Both the position numbers and the translations under genes were made by a program. A model generated the notes under the pieces. That model had not been told where the DNA came from. It made no database searches and saw only the letters and a list, made by a program, of their open reading frames with translations. Positions 62,067-64,000 of a DNA stretch of 64,000 nucleotides are shown one piece after another. The stretch is from Bradymonadia bacterium (lineage in GTDB: Bacteria > Myxococcota_A > Bradymonadia > UBA7976 > UBA1532). Position 1 is the stretch's first letter. Every line of letters begins with the position of its first letter. The stretch lies in assembly GCA_046290225.1 (NCBI GenBank), contig JBKAGE010000036.1, positions 128,001-192,000 of the forward strand, given 5' to 3'.

Positions 62067-64000
62067 TCAGGGCGTCGCGCTGGCCTGCTCCGCTCGAGGA
62101 TGCACCCACAGTGATCCGCCGCTGCTGTTGCCTCTGACCTCGGGGGTGTACATCTCCTCGGCGATGGCCGGCGGGTGCACGAAGGTGCCTGCGGTGGTGG
62201 CCCGGGCGGTGTAACTGTATTCGTGCACGCCTGGGGGCAGGTGATCGGCGAAGAGCACCACCCGCTCGTCGCGCATCTCGGTGTGATCGAAGGGGCTGAA
62301 CCACTGACTCCGGCCGCTGAGATCCACGCTCGAAGAGCCTGGGCTGTTCGACGCGTCGGCGCTGTTGATCCGAGACTCGGTGAGCAGATCGGTGTTGATG
62401 GCTTCGAGACCACCGGGGATCGGGTCGTCGACGACGACGTAGTATCGGGGAGCGGTGTTGGCCACTCGGAGCCTCACCTGGACCACCTGGCCTTCTTCCA
62501 AGGCGGTGAGGCGCTCACTGCCACCGACGGCGGTGATCCACCGCTGGACCACGATGCCCTGATCTCTCGCCTTGGTGTCGATGGTGCCCGGCACGTACTC
62601 GAGCACGGCGCTGTAGTGCAGCGGCCCCTGCCCCTCGGCGTTGAAGATGATGGGCAATCGGCTCTTGAAGCGCCCGAGGTAGGCCAGCGGGATGGTCTTG
62701 GTGATGCGCCCCAGGCTGTGGCCCTGGAACTGCTGCTGAGCGACGTCTTCTGCCTGACCGCCATTGCCGAGCACCACGCGGCCCACGAGGTTGGGGGCCT
62801 CGCCCTCTACCGCGGCGCTGTAGTCGGCCAAAGCCATGAGGCTGAAGGCGGTCTCCTGCGTGTTGCGCCACTTGCCGCCACGGCGCGCCTTGAGCACGGT
62901 GAACGCCATCCTGGCCAGGTAGGGATGATCAGGTCGCACCTTCACAGCGGCGGCGAGGACCATGGCGGTGGTGCGCACGCTGCTCGAGAACTGCGCGCTG
63001 TAGGTGCTCTGATCGATGTCCACCAGCTGCACGCCCCGGGCGTTGACCTGGGCGCCGTTGAACATCTCCACCAGCAGGGTCTGAGCCTGCTCGCTCTTGG
63101 GATCGAGCTCTGCCATGGCCCGGGCCAGCATGGCCTTGCCGAAGAGGGCCATGCTGGCCCGGCGGGCGTACAGTCGACGGTTGAACTCCCGGCTGCCGGA
63201 CCCCTGTCGCGCGAGGACGAAGGCCGCAAAGGCCCGAGACTCGTCGGTGCGCGGCCGCCACGCCACACAAGGCGACTTCGGATCCCAAGCCTCCTTCAGA
63301 TAGCCACGGGCGCGCTCGAGCACCTTCGGATCCACCGGATAACCCTGAGCTGCAGCGTCACCGAGGGCCAGGGTGGCGTAGGCGCTGCCCCAGTAGTGAG
63401 CGCACGTAGATCCGGGCCAGTACCTGAAGCCCCCGTCGGGCCCCTGCAGTTTGGTGATGGCGGTGATGGCCTCTTCGACGACCTGAGCGGGCTCGCGATC
63501 CCCCACCCACTGCTCGCCATATCGATCCATGAGGCCCTTGAGGGCGACGAAGGGCACCAGCCTGCTGGACTGCTGCTCAAGGCAGCCATAGGGGTACTCG
63601 ATGAGCTGCTCGACGCCCTCCTTGAGGCCCACCAGAGCGCTCGCCGCCATCGTCACCGAGAGCGATCCCACATCTCGACGGCTCGACACCGGCACCTCGA
63701 TGTTCTCGGTCCGGGCCATGGCGGGGATCTCCGCTCTGACCTGACCATAGGTGGCCACCACTTGCGGAGACGCAGGGAACTTGATGGGCAGCGGGATCTC
63801 CACGGCGTCGCTGTGATCTGCGCTGCGTACGGTGAAACGCACCGCAGAGCCCGGGGCGTCAAGGCGACTCGCCCGCTGGACCTTGAAGGCGAAGCGCACC
63901 TCACGGCTCTTGCCCGGCGGGACCATGATCTTGCGGCTGAGGGGCTCCAGGCCCTCAATGGCGCCATCGAGGATCTCCCCTTCGATCCAGACCTCGGTGG
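62067..64000 (-). CDS. bacterial alpha-2-macroglobulin, C-terminal part (continues past the right edge)
   Basis: thioester motif YPYGCLEQ; WRNTQE; DPIPGGLEAIN; ARATTAGTF..PPA.AEEMY.PE. Confidence 0.92.
   Translation of the reverse strand, partial: TEVWIEGEILDGAIEGLEPLSRKIMVPPGKSREVRFAFKVQRASRLDAPGSAVRFTVRSADHSDAVEIPLPIKFPASPQVVATYGQVRAEIPAMARTENIEVPVSSRRDVGSLSVTMAASALVGLKEGVEQLIEYPYGCLEQQSSRLVPFVALKGLMDRYGEQWVGDREPAQVVEEAITAITKLQGPDGGFRYWPGSTCAHYWGSAYATLALGDAAAQGYPVDPKVLERARGYLKEAWDPKSPCVAWRPRTDESRAFAAFVLARQGSGSREFNRRLYARRASMALFGKAMLARAMAELDPKSEQAQTLLVEMFNGAQVNARGVQLVDIDQSTYSAQFSSSVRTTAMVLAAAVKVRPDHPYLARMAFTVLKARRGGKWRNTQETAFSLMALADYSAAVEGEAPNLVGRVVLGNGGQAEDVAQQQFQGHSLGRITKTIPLAYLGRFKSRLPIIFNAEGQGPLHYSAVLEYVPGTIDTKARDQGIVVQRWITAVGGSERLTALEEGQVVQVRLRVANTAPRYYVVVDDPIPGGLEAINTDLLTESRINSADASNSPGSSSVDLSGRSQWFSPFDHTEMRDERVVLFADHLPPGVHEYSYTARATTAGTFVHPPAIAEEMYTPEVRGNSSGGSLWVHPRAEQASATP

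Overview
GC-rich bacterial chromosomal segment. The gene content (Cys/Asp-rich lipoproteins, Ser/Thr kinase-ATPase-TPR, CarF-like desaturase, alpha-2-macroglobulin/PbpC, sigma54 promoters) suggests Myxococcota or a related deltaproteobacterium; this is inference only. It holds about 45 CDS, two tRNAs (Val-CAC, Arg-CCG) with sigma70 promoters and terminators, and no CRISPR, integrase or transposase. The most striking signal is non-coding: three copies of a 165-bp element (25145-25309, 26788-26952, 57814-57978), each starting 0-6 nt after a stop codon. They align without gaps, keep short motifs at fixed offsets, and have compensatorily re-written stems that fold into a long G-T/G-U-rich rod on the strand antisense to the upstream gene. 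Two copies bracket an SMR-efflux cassette and a displaced 3' end of yfhL. Other highlights: a 62-bp perfect inverted repeat carrying (CGGGCA)5; two tandem secreted proteins sharing a TSP3 plus long left-handed beta-helix stalk with different heads; an AGMO-like/CarF-like desaturase fusion broken by a LysR remnant; a TDO-family enzyme with a non-canonical loop; and an apparently inactive lipase-fold lipoprotein. Family assignments come from motif recognition by eye, not database searches.
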